From an uncultured Candidatus Saccharibacteria bacterium (GTDB lineage: Bacteria; Patescibacteriota; Minisyncoccia; Phycocordibacterales; JAKAEA01): DNA of 64,000 nucleotides. Shown here one piece after another: positions 17,003 to 25,750 of the stretch. The stretch is from contig CAZNZK010000001.1 of NCBI GenBank assembly GCA_964577595.1, forward strand, positions 66,271-130,270, written 5' to 3'. The first letter of the stretch is position 1, and each line of letters starts with the position of its first letter. The notes beneath the pieces are model-generated. The model did no database searches, had not been told where the DNA came from, and saw nothing but the letters and a program-made list of their open reading frames with translations. The translations under genes and the position numbers were made by a program.

Positions 17003-18925
17003 TTAGAGCAGGCTTTCCGGGTCAATATTAACGCTGAGCGTTGGCGGCAGGGCGGCCAACTCGGCGTGCAGCTTGCCGCCGGGCCAGGTGCCGCGGGGCA
17101 GGGCCAGTAATAAGTGCATGCGGAATTTGCCGCGGGCGAATTCTACAAAAGCCGGGAACATGATTGGTTTGTAATTCTGGAGGTGGCGGGCCAGAGCGAA
17201 CATTTCTTTTTCCACTTCGGCGCGGTCGCCCTCGGCGGTGATTTTGATGAGGGTGGTGCTCGGCGGGTAGCCCAGACGTTCGCGCTCGGCAAGTTCGTCG
17301 CGGTGGAAGTCGGCGGCGTTACCACTCTGGGCGGCCTTGAATGCCGGCTGAGCGCCGGAACGGCTCTGAATCAAAAATTGTTTTTGGGCGAGTGAGCGCA
17401 AGCGCAAAAGCAGATTGGTGACTTCTTCACCGATGCGGAAATCGGGGATTGAGAAAAGGGCATCGGCACTGGCTACGGCCACGTTTTCCACGGGCTTATC
17501 TAAATAGGCAACGGCCAGTTCGGTGCCCAGCAATACCGAGCCGGGCGAATTATAAAAGTGCTCTACCCGTTCGCGGGCTTCGCGTCGGTTAGCGATAGAG
17601 TCGCTATCAAGCTGAAAAACGTTCAGGTCGGGAAAAAGGCCGGTCAAGGCTTCGGCCACGAGGGTGATGCCAATGCCAAGCGTGGTGAGGTTCCAGGAAT
17701 CACAAATGCTACAGCGCTCGGCGGCACTACGCCGTTCCCCACAGCGATGACACAGAAAAAATTGCTCGGCTTCGTCGCCACCGCCGCTGCGGTGTAAAAC
17801 GATAGGCGCGCGACAGCGTGAACAAAGCACGGTGGCGCCGCAGTCGCCGCACACCGTGGTGGGCGCTAAGCCGCGCCGAGCGCAAAAAAGAAAGAGGCGC
17901 TCATTGTGTTCGCGGTTTTCGCGCACTAACGTTTCCAGCTCGTCACTAATGATGCGGAATTCCGGCCGGTCCAATATTTTATACTTTTTCATGTCTACCA
18001 GGCGGGCGGCGGCACTGGAAAGTAGGCGGAACTTCAAGGGCACCAGCTCATGAGCTTCGTCGCGGTTGACCCGGTCTAGGGTTTCGGCGCGCAGGAGGAT
18101 GTCGCCGAGCACTAGGCGAATGCCGAGTTGTTTAGCCAGTATCTCGGCGGCGCGGCGGATATCTACGAACGGTCGAGCTTGCTGTTTGTAGCCCGTGGCC
18201 GCTTCACGCTCCACAATAATAGTGCCGAGGTCGGCCCGGGGCAGGCACAAAAAAGCGCCGGTAGCGATGATGAGTAGGGGATGCGGCTCGCCGACGGCGC
18301 GGTTCCACACTTCGGCGAGCTGTTTTTTTGTCATCGCGGCATTGGCCACGAGCGTGTTATTTTCAATGCCTTTAGAGAGTGTCTCAAAAGCACGAATACC
18401 ATCCTGAATAGTTGGCAGAACCACAAACACCGAACGCTTCCGGGCGAATTCTTCGCGAATAATACTCTTATAATGAGCGAAGCGGTCGCTGTCGTCGGCT
18501 TGGAGGACGAGGGGCGGCAAGGGTAAGTCGGCTATTTTTTTCACCACCATGCTCGCGGGTTCCTTCAGGGTGGCAGCCTGCTCCAGGATTTTTGCCGGCA
18601 CTAAAGCCGCCACTACATTGCCCGTAGTGCCGACAAAATAGTGCGCCAACTCGGCGCACGTTTGCATGAAAGGATTCAGAAATAGTTGCCCTCCGGCCTT
18701 CTCGCCAATCTTACTGGTTCCGACACTGCGTAAAGCAAAAGCAGCTGTTTTTACTTCGCTTTTAATATTGGCCGCCAGCACACTCTCCAGCACAATAGCC
18801 GCTATCAGCCGCTTGCGTAGGGGCACTTTAATGACCGTGCCTGGCGGGAGCAGGGCGGCGCTAAAATAAGTGAGGGTTTCCGCTTGGAGACCGCGGCGAA
18901 TGGGGATGACGCGGACGATGAACAT
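17003..18925 (-). CDS. priA: primosomal protein N' (PriA)-like, with degenerate Walker A/B motifs
   Basis: Cys-rich zinc region CGDCGATVLCSRCRAPIVLH...CHRCGERRSAAERCSICDS. Helicase-domain colinearity with PriA (VFVVLPTIQDGIR ... PLLIIATGAF ... TGYKQQ). Expected GxGKT is ADDSDRFAHYK and DEEH is EREA. Confidence 0.6.
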   Translation of the reverse strand: MFIVRVIPIRRGLQAETLTYFSAALLPPGTVIKVPLRKRLIAAIVLESVLAANIKSEVKTAAFALRSVGTSKIGEKAGGQLFLNPFMQTCAELAHYFVGTTGNVVAALVPAKILEQAATLKEPASMVVKKIADLPLPPLVLQADDSDRFAHYKSIIREEFARKRSVFVVLPTIQDGIRAFETLSKGIENNTLVANAAMTKKQLAEVWNRAVGEPHPLLIIATGAFLCLPRADLGTIIVEREAATGYKQQARPFVDIRRAAEILAKQLGIRLVLGDILLRAETLDRVNRDEAHELVPLKFRLLSSAAARLVDMKKYKILDRPEFRIISDELETLVRENREHNERLFLFCARRGLAPTTVCGDCGATVLCSRCRAPIVLHRSGGGDEAEQFFLCHRCGERRSAAERCSICDSWNLTTLGIGITLVAEALTGLFPDLNVFQLDSDSIANRREARERVEHFYNSPGSVLLGTELAVAYLDKPVENVAVASADALFSIPDFRIGEEVTNLLLRLRSLAQKQFLIQSRSGAQPAFKAAQSGNAADFHRDELAERERLGYPPSTTLIKITAEGDRAEVEKEMFALARHLQNYKPIMFPAFVEFARGKFRMHLLLALPRGTWPGGKLHAELAALPPTLSVNIDPESLL

Positions 18926-19109
18926 GGCTTAAATATAGGGGTCAGGGCCTAGTTTTGCAAACCAAACAAAAACTCCGCCGGAAGTATTAAAACTGTGGCG
19001 GAGCTTTGCTTAGCCTTGCGGGGATAACCACCCACTAACCATTGACACGTAGAAGTATAGCAGATTCTCTTTTACAGGCAACTATACGAAATAAAAAGTA
19101 TATTGCCTA

Positions 19110-19178
19110 AATTTTCTTGTAGGGGCGGCGGGAGTTGCACCCGCACGGCTAACGTGTCAATGGTTAGTTGAGACTCTC
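19110..19178 (-). ncRNA. tRNA-like structured RNA, family copy A (acceptor AGGGGCG/CGCCCCT, mini D hairpin, 9-nt loop CAUUGACAC, T-arm GCGGG-UGCAACU-CCCGC)
   Basis: 69-nt cloverleaf-like fold on minus strand. Near-identical to 52761..52831 with compensatory stem changes. Preceded by a conserved promoter-like motif and a leader hairpin. A hairpin plus U-tract terminator lies ~150 nt downstream at ~18957..18995. Confidence 0.45.
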
Positions 19179-19330
19179 TCGCGCCCCTATTACCGAGCAA
19201 TCTTACGAAATTGCCGGTACTTGTATTGTAGGCAGGGGTCGTTAAATTAGTCCTGAAGGAATAGTAAAGAAAAATTAAAATTCAACACTGCTCATTAGAA
19301 AAAACAAGATGTCAAATTTTCTGGTGCCGG

Positions 19331-20869
19331 TTAAAAATCGCGAAGGATGGAGATTTTGGCGCCGAGGGAATTGAGGCGAGCAACAATGTCTTCATAACCG
19401 CGGTTGATGGAATAGATATTACGCAAAACGGAAGTGCCACTGGCCGCGAGCATACCTATTAATAGAATGGCAGCGGGGCGCAAGGCGGGCGGACAAATTA
19501 CTTCCGCGGCCTTCAATGGGGTGATGCCGGTAACATACAAACGGTGCGGATCAACCAAAACGGCTTCAGCGCCGAGCTTTTCAATGTCTTTAGTGTAGAT
19601 AGCCCGCTTTTCATAGGGCCAGTCGTGAATGAGGGTGGTGCCTTTGGCTTGGGTGGCAATGATCGCGAAAAAAGGCAAGTTGTCCATATTTAAGCCGGGG
19701 TAGGGGCGGCATTCAATTTTTTCTTCTAAGGCGGTGAGGCGTGAAGGCAGGGTTTTTAAATCAACGAGTGCCGTGCGTTCGTTGTGCGCGATGTAGCGTT
19801 TCAGGATTTTATAACGGAAGCCCATTTTTTCCAGTTTCAAAAGTTCCAGTTCTAAAAATTCAATTGGCACGCGGCGCAAGGTGATGCTTGAGCGGGTTAC
19901 CACGGCGGCAGTTAAAAAGAACATAGCATCAATAGGGTCTTCAGCTAAGCGGTAGGTTACGGGTGCGTCTATTTTTGTCACGCCGTGCACAACGAGCGTA
20001 GTGGTGCCGATGCCGTCAATTTTCACACCGCATTTTTCCAAAAAGAAACACACTTCCTGCACCATATAATTGGCGGAAGCGTATTTTATGACCGTACGGC
20101 CAGGAATGAGGGCGGCGGCCATAATAGCACTCTCGCTGGCAGTGTCGCTGGATTCATAAAGAATGATTTCTGCTGGCTTAAGCTTGGCGGCCTGAACCTC
20201 GTAGTATTTCTCCTTCGTGGTGATGTTGACGCCAAGTTTTTCCAAAGCATAAAGATGTGGCTTCACGGTGCGTGAACCAAGCCGGCAACCGCCGGGCTGA
20301 GGCAGGCGAAACTTCGGCAGGGCGTGCAAGAGGGGGGCAATAAGCATGACAATGCTTCGGGTTTTTTCCGCCGATTCAGCATTCAGATTCTTCAGATCAA
20401 ATTTTTCCGGTGGTTTAATTTCCAAATCGTTCCCGCTGGCACCTGTCCATTTCACCCCGACGCCGATGGATTGAAAAACTTCAATCATGCGGTTCACTTC
20501 CTCAATTTTCGGCACGCTCTGCAAAACGGTTTTGTTGCGATTTAAAAGAGCGGCGCAGAGCAAACCCATGGCGCCGTTTTTACTCGTTTTAATGGTGATA
20601 TCTCCGGAAAGCGGGCGACCGCCTTCAATCCGAAAATTCAAGGCACCTTTGGAAAGCTGGAGGATGTCGCGGTCCAAGGCGCCACTTAATTTGGCCAGCA
20701 TTTCCGTGGACAAGTTTTGCTCTCCGCGCTCAATGCGAGCAATGGCGCTCTGGCTGGTTTCTAGGCGAAGGGCCAATTCGTCTTGCGTTAAGCCACGGGC
20801 TTGGCGCAAGCGGCTGATAAAGGTGCCTATATCGCTCAAGTGCTTGGCTGTTCGTGGGGCGGCTGGCAT
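19331..20869 (-). CDS. murA: UDP-N-acetylglucosamine 1-carboxyvinyltransferase (MurA) with N-terminal XRE-type HTH domain fusion
   Basis: MurA/EPSP-synthase fold throughout (FRIEGGRPLSGDITIKTSKNGAMGLLCAALL; active-site region QPGGCRLGSRTVKPH). First ~65 aa ISRLRQARGLTQDELALRLETSQSAIARIERGEQNLSTEMLAKLSGAL form a Cro/C1-type HTH. Start inferred at MPAAPRT; the upstream part of the 672-aa track ORF reads through an AT-rich promoter. Confidence 0.65.
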   Translation of the reverse strand: MPAAPRTAKHLSDIGTFISRLRQARGLTQDELALRLETSQSAIARIERGEQNLSTEMLAKLSGALDRDILQLSKGALNFRIEGGRPLSGDITIKTSKNGAMGLLCAALLNRNKTVLQSVPKIEEVNRMIEVFQSIGVGVKWTGASGNDLEIKPPEKFDLKNLNAESAEKTRSIVMLIAPLLHALPKFRLPQPGGCRLGSRTVKPHLYALEKLGVNITTKEKYYEVQAAKLKPAEIILYESSDTASESAIMAAALIPGRTVIKYASANYMVQEVCFFLEKCGVKIDGIGTTTLVVHGVTKIDAPVTYRLAEDPIDAMFFLTAAVVTRSSITLRRVPIEFLELELLKLEKMGFRYKILKRYIAHNERTALVDLKTLPSRLTALEEKIECRPYPGLNMDNLPFFAIIATQAKGTTLIHDWPYEKRAIYTKDIEKLGAEAVLVDPHRLYVTGITPLKAAEVICPPALRPAAILLIGMLAASGTSVLRNIYSINRGYEDIVARLNSLGAKISILRDF

Positions 20870-20996
20870 ATTAAAATAATATATCACATATGGTATATAT
20901 TTAAAAATTGAAAAATGGTGATAACTTTTGTAGGCTTGCGATATTTCTGCAAGGTGATAGCGTAGTGGTTGGATACTTTGTTTTTGGAGGTGCCCT

Positions 20997-21275
20997 ATGG
21001 CTAAAGTACCAACGTCCGATGAGGTTTTTGCGGGTGTAGAGGAAGTTCTCCGTGACACCTTTGTCGCTCCCGGCGCGATCATTAACCGTGATACGCTCCT
21101 CAAGGAAGATCTTAAGGCTGATTCGCTTGATAGCGCGGAGGTCGTCCTCAGCCTGGAGGAGAAGTTCGGGATTGAAATTCCCGACTCTGCGCTGGAGCCG
21201 GTTCCGACAACGGTTGGCGATCTCTGTGCTGTGGTTATGCGTCTCGTCCAGGCCCGGGAGCCAAGCGTTTCGTAA
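20997..21275 (+). CDS. acpP: acyl carrier protein
   Basis: Phosphopantetheine attachment motif LKADSLDSAEVVLSLEEKFGIEIPD. GGAGGTG RBS upstream. Confidence 0.7.
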   Translation: MAKVPTSDEVFAGVEEVLRDTFVAPGAIINRDTLLKEDLKADSLDSAEVVLSLEEKFGIEIPDSALEPVPTTVGDLCAVVMRLVQAREPSVS

Positions 21276-21375
21276 GGAGTTTTTGCAAAATGTCGCAGTA
21301 CTACTCGCCGCCCTATCGTGGGCGGCTTTTCATTTGCCAGAATCTGCATAAAATGGTACTATTCTAGTAGCGTTT

Positions 21376-21747
21376 TTGACCCCGTGTCCTTTTCATGGAG
21401 GTTGTGACATGGTAGAAATACTAAAAGCGGGGGAACGAACCGTGCTGTCAGATAAACAGCTAACAGACATTATCGTCAGTGTTGTGACGGGTATTTCCGG
21501 TAACCCAGATATTTCTACAACACCCCAGTCACAAATTCTGGATCTGCCTATGTTCCATTGCGCGCCGTTCTGGTTTAAGTCGGGAGATGCGTTGACTCTC
21601 AATTCTGAACTGGCCGAATCTTTTGGCATTCCGGAACTCACGGTAGAGGAGCTTGATGAAGTGGCGAAGGTGTTTGGTCCGCAATTGACCATTCGCAAAA
21701 TCCGCGACATCGCTCTGGCTCATATGGGTGCGTTCGGAAAATATTAA
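21376..21747 (+). CDS. hypothetical protein
   Basis: 123-aa ORF (possible start at MVEILKAG) directly upstream of mreB. Confidence 0.3.
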   Translation: MTPCPFHGGCDMVEILKAGERTVLSDKQLTDIIVSVVTGISGNPDISTTPQSQILDLPMFHCAPFWFKSGDALTLNSELAESFGIPELTVEELDEVAKVFGPQLTIRKIRDIALAHMGAFGKY

Positions 21748-21879
21748 GAATCAATTAATGCAGGCACGAGCCGGCTTCTTCTCACGGAGAGCCGGCTTTT
21801 TTCTGCATATCTTTTTTGGGAAATTTTTATTTTATTTCATTTGTAAAATCTTCAAAAATCACGTAGTATGCCTATATAT

Positions 21880-22893
21880 ATGGCATTTTTCTCCAAAAAA
21901 CTCGGCATTGATTTGGGCACTACTAATACGCTCGTTTTCGTGCCAGGGCGGGGGATTGTGCTCAATGAGCCTTCGGTAGTGGCTGTTTCGGAGCAGGACA
22001 ATGTTATTTTAGCGGTGGGGGCCGAGGCTAAAGCGATGATAGGCCGCACGCCCGACAACGTCATTGCCTACCGGCCCATGAAAGATGGCGTTATTGCCGA
22101 TTACCGTGTCACCGAAGCCATGCTCCGTTATTTTATTAGTAAGGCTCTTGGTCGCTGGAGTTTTTTTCGGCCTGACGTGCTTGTTTCTGTGCCAGCCGGC
22201 GTTACTTCCACTGAGCGTCGCGCGGTGGTAGAGGCGGCGGTGAAAGCTGGCGCTAAAAACGCCTACGTGGTTAAAGAGCCTATCCTTGCCGCTATTGGCG
22301 CGGGTATTCCTATTCAGGAGGCAATGGGCAGAATGATTTGCGACATTGGTGGTGGCACCACCGACGTGGCGGTGATTTCCCTTGGTGGCATCGTGGCGTG
22401 CACTTCCGTGAAGGTGGCCGGCAACAAAATTGACGCCGCTATCATTGATTATTTGAAGAAAAATTTTAACCTAGGGCTGGGCGATAAAACTGCCGAAGAC
22501 GTCAAAATTAAAATCGGTTCAGCTATTCCCATTGAGGATGAATTGACCATGACGGTTAAGGGTCGCGATTTTGTTACTGGCTTGCCGCGCTCGGTGGAGC
22601 TGAAAACCAATGAAATCGTCAAGGCTATCGGCAAGGAACTCACCGAAATGATCGGCGCCATTAAAACCGTTTTGCAGGAAACACCCCCTGAGCTCGCCAG
22701 CGATATTATTGATAACGGCATCATTATGACCGGCGGTTCTTCGCAATTGCGCAATTTGCCCGAGCTGGTTTTTCGGCGCACCGGCGTTAAGGCCGTTTTG
22801 GCCGACGAAGCCCTTTATTGCGTGGCTAAAGGCACTGGTTTAGCTTTGGAACATTTGGATGTTTATAAGAAGAGCATTATCGCCAAGCGATAA
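21880..22893 (+). CDS. mreB: rod shape-determining protein MreB (copy 1)
   Basis: MAFFSKKLGIDLGTTNTLVFVPGRGIVLNEPSVVAV...; actin-fold phosphate-1/2 and adenosine motifs (DIGGGTTDVAVISLGG, GIIMTGGSSQLRNL). Confidence 0.8.
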   Translation: MAFFSKKLGIDLGTTNTLVFVPGRGIVLNEPSVVAVSEQDNVILAVGAEAKAMIGRTPDNVIAYRPMKDGVIADYRVTEAMLRYFISKALGRWSFFRPDVLVSVPAGVTSTERRAVVEAAVKAGAKNAYVVKEPILAAIGAGIPIQEAMGRMICDIGGGTTDVAVISLGGIVACTSVKVAGNKIDAAIIDYLKKNFNLGLGDKTAEDVKIKIGSAIPIEDELTMTVKGRDFVTGLPRSVELKTNEIVKAIGKELTEMIGAIKTVLQETPPELASDIIDNGIIMTGGSSQLRNLPELVFRRTGVKAVLADEALYCVAKGTGLALEHLDVYKKSIIAKR

Positions 22894-23038
22894 TTTTTGT
22901 CGGCCACGCCATTCTTGACAAGAAAGCTGAGCGTGCTATAATGCAACAGAACGAATCCGGATGTTTGTTGTGTGCATTCGGGTAAGTGGCGGCTGGTAGA
23001 TTCCCAATATCTGCCAGCCGCTTTTTTATATTCAAAAA

Positions 23039-23746
23039 GTGCCGTACTATATCAGTATGGTAGGCCAGTCTCAAAAAAAACTTGAAACTCTTTTTTCTAC
23101 CGACCAGCTACATCATGCCTATTTATTAGAAGGGGAGGCGGTAAGTATTGTACCGGAATTACGGCGCTTACTTGAAAAAGAGCTCGGTATTGTCGCCACG
23201 GGCAATCCCGATTTTCGCCATATCAAAACAGAGTCGCTGACGGTGGACGATGCTCGTCAGCTACGCGAAGCCCAGCAAGTTAGGACATTTTCCGGCGGCA
23301 AAAAAATCTTCATCCTTGAAGTGTCTACAATCACCAACGAAGCTCAAAATGCTTTACTGAAAATCCTGGAAGAGCCGACTACGGGCACTCACTTTTTTCT
23401 TACTATGCCGAGTCGCTGGTTATTATTACCAGCGGTGCGTTCGCGCTTACAAATTATCAGTATGGTGCCACCAGGTCAGAAATCGGGGTCAGGCACCGCT
23501 TTGGCCTTTATGAAAGCAGCGCCCGCCGAGCGCCTTGCCCTTCTCGTGCCGATTCTGGAAGAAAAAGATAAAGCAGCCGCGCTGGTTCTTGTTGACGACC
23601 TTGTCGCTTATACGCGCGAGCGCGGCGGATCGCAGAAACACGTTGTGCTTAAAGAACTACTCCATGTTCGTCAGTATGTAAACGACCGCTCCGCTTCGCT
23701 TAAGCTTCTGTTGGAGCATGTTGCGCTCACGTTGCCCTCGCTATAA
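23039..23746 (+). CDS. holB: DNA polymerase III delta' subunit-like protein
   Basis: HAYLLEG, QNALLKILEEP and RSRLQ motifs of clamp-loader delta'. No Walker A. Confidence 0.55.
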   Translation: MPYYISMVGQSQKKLETLFSTDQLHHAYLLEGEAVSIVPELRRLLEKELGIVATGNPDFRHIKTESLTVDDARQLREAQQVRTFSGGKKIFILEVSTITNEAQNALLKILEEPTTGTHFFLTMPSRWLLLPAVRSRLQIISMVPPGQKSGSGTALAFMKAAPAERLALLVPILEEKDKAAALVLVDDLVAYTRERGGSQKHVVLKELLHVRQYVNDRSASLKLLLEHVALTLPSL

Positions 23747-23770
23747 AATATCTGCTATACTTGTCTCTAT

Positions 23771-24322
23771 ATGAACTATGATTTCAACCCATTAAAAAAG
23801 AAAGCCAAAGAAATTGATGACTGGCTTAAAAAAGAGCTGTTGCAGATTCGTACTGGCCGGGCCACGCCAGCACTCTTGGATGGTGTTGGTGTTGAGGTGT
23901 ATGGCGCAAAAACACCACTTAATCAGCTCGGCAGCGTTTCCATAGAAGATCCGCGTACCTTGCGGGTGAATGTTTGGGATGCTAGCCAGGTTAAGGCGGT
24001 AGAAAAAGCTATTAGCGTCGCTAACTTTGGAGTCAGTGTCGGGGCCGACGAACGCGGGGTGCGTGTGAGTTTTCCCGAGTTAACCGCCGAGCGTCGCACC
24101 CAAATTTTAAAAATCGCCAAAGAGCGCGTTGAGCAAGCTCGCGTTTCCTTGCGCAAGCTCCGTGATGAAATTTGGAATGAAATCCAGAAGCGTGAAAAAG
24201 AAGGTGGTATGAGTGAAGACGAAAAGTTTCGCTTTAAAGATACGATGGAAAAAACCATCCAGGAAACCGGCAAAGCTTTCGACTCCCAATTTGAGAAGAA
24301 AGAGAAGGAAATTGCAAGTTAA
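23771..24322 (+). CDS. frr: ribosome recycling factor
   Basis: IRTGRATPALLDGVGVEVYGAKTPLNQLGSVSIEDPRTLRV ... ELTAERRTQILKIAKERVEQARVSLRKLRDE. Confidence 0.8.
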   Translation: MNYDFNPLKKKAKEIDDWLKKELLQIRTGRATPALLDGVGVEVYGAKTPLNQLGSVSIEDPRTLRVNVWDASQVKAVEKAISVANFGVSVGADERGVRVSFPELTAERRTQILKIAKERVEQARVSLRKLRDEIWNEIQKREKEGGMSEDEKFRFKDTMEKTIQETGKAFDSQFEKKEKEIAS

Positions 24323-24331
24323 TTAAAAAAA

Positions 24332-25741
24332 ATGACCGAAAAATCTCCAGAAATTCCAGCAGAGCCAACGCCTGAGACTGCTCCGGCCCAAAAACCGTCA
24401 AAAATTTCAGCATCCCAATTTAATCAGAGTGATATCGGTCTACTTACAAGTATGATTGGCGACCCCGAACAAAGAAGGCGAAACAAGGATCAGTTGACAC
24501 GGGTCGCAGAAAACGCAAGGAAAAATACTCAAGAGCAAGAACGGGCACAGTTGCAGCGGGTACGCGACGATCTTACGGAAAAGTCAGTATCGTTCCCAAC
24601 GCACAAGTTGGAGCAAGCGGTTCCAGAAACTGCTCCACAGAAAAGCGGTTGGGTTGTGAATTTTTTGCGCAGATTTTCCCGGACCGCTCAGCGAAATCCG
24701 CCGGAAATAAAACCACAAGAAATAAAAAAACCACAAGAAATAAAAATTGAAGAGAAGCCGGCACGGTTTACTGAAACAGTGGTGCCTCCGCCAGAGAAAA
24801 AAGTTGTTGCGCCTGGGCCTGAATATATCGCTGGCGCACCATTTAAAGTCACCAAAGAAGTAGTGCCTAGTGTGCCGCAGAAGGCTGGGTATACAACAGG
24901 ATCACCGTTTCTTGTCACGCACGAGGAGCCGGAGAAGTCGCCACAAACGGTGAATATTGAGGGCGTTGCCAAGGATTGGCTTATAAAAGAGAAACCGTCA
25001 CAACGAAAATCGACTGCGGAATATGCTACCAAAGCTCCTTTTTCTGTTACTCAAAGAGCTCCGGAAAATCCGCCGGTATTTGTTAAGGGAAAGGAGAACG
25101 TTACGGTGAGTGCGCCTGCGCCAAAAACCATTCCCGCTGAGCCGGTTGCGCCTGAAAAGAAAGGGTTTTTTGCACGTCTCTTTGGTCGGCGCTCTGAAAA
25201 AAAAGAGGAAGCCGTCATTCCAACACCACACAATCCACGCGCTCTCAAGGCACTTGAGGCCATAAAGACGACTCAAGAGGAAACAAGAAAAACCCATTTG
25301 TTAAAAATAACAAACGAGCAATTGAATACCTATTTCGGTGCTAATCAAAAGAAAACGGGCGATCCCGCCTTTTCTGGTTCAGAACAGCTTGCTGCAGCTA
25401 CTGGCGCGGCGAATCTACTCAAAAGATTAAAAGATCTCAACCCCTCGTCAAAAGATATCCCTGCTTTTGAAGCAAAACTTAATCGCGATACTGAAGGTGC
25501 TGCCACGCAGGCCGCGATGGATATTTTTACGCCGATGAAAAATTTCAATCAATACCCGAAAGGGCTACGTCAGACCCAGTTAGAAACTCTACTCTCGCGG
25601 CCGGAAGTGAGTCCGTATAAGGAGAGGATTCAGGCTGTATTACGAGAAATTCTTGAAAATCGCCAGAAGTCCCCGAAGCCCGAAGAGAAAGAAAGTACTC
25701 AATTTTTGAGTGACGTGCTTGCCGGGCAGGGTCGTCGTTAG
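24332..25741 (+). CDS. hypothetical Pro/Glu/Lys-rich protein with internal APF-x-VT repeats
   Basis: Low-complexity N-terminal half with repeated GAPFKVTKE / GSPFLVTHE / KAPFSVTQR motifs. More ordered C-terminal region. Confidence 0.4.
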   Translation: MTEKSPEIPAEPTPETAPAQKPSKISASQFNQSDIGLLTSMIGDPEQRRRNKDQLTRVAENARKNTQEQERAQLQRVRDDLTEKSVSFPTHKLEQAVPETAPQKSGWVVNFLRRFSRTAQRNPPEIKPQEIKKPQEIKIEEKPARFTETVVPPPEKKVVAPGPEYIAGAPFKVTKEVVPSVPQKAGYTTGSPFLVTHEEPEKSPQTVNIEGVAKDWLIKEKPSQRKSTAEYATKAPFSVTQRAPENPPVFVKGKENVTVSAPAPKTIPAEPVAPEKKGFFARLFGRRSEKKEEAVIPTPHNPRALKALEAIKTTQEETRKTHLLKITNEQLNTYFGANQKKTGDPAFSGSEQLAAATGAANLLKRLKDLNPSSKDIPAFEAKLNRDTEGAATQAAMDIFTPMKNFNQYPKGLRQTQLETLLSRPEVSPYKERIQAVLREILENRQKSPKPEEKESTQFLSDVLAGQGRR

Positions 25742-25750
25742 GATTTTACA

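Noticed and set aside
19030-19200. Interpreting the 17-nt inverted repeat (19034..19050 / 19152..19168) as MITE terminal inverted repeats or divergent -35 boxes (both contain TTGACA)
   Set aside because: No matching -10 elements at correct spacing. The second repeat lies inside the tRNA-like domain, and the same loop/partner arrangement recurs with different sequence in copy C. RNA-level pairing is the more economical explanation.
24573-25297. Minus-strand ORFs (63-114 aa) within the 469-aa hypothetical gene
   Set aside because: Antisense to the longer ORF. Low-complexity Gly/Ser/Phe-rich translations.
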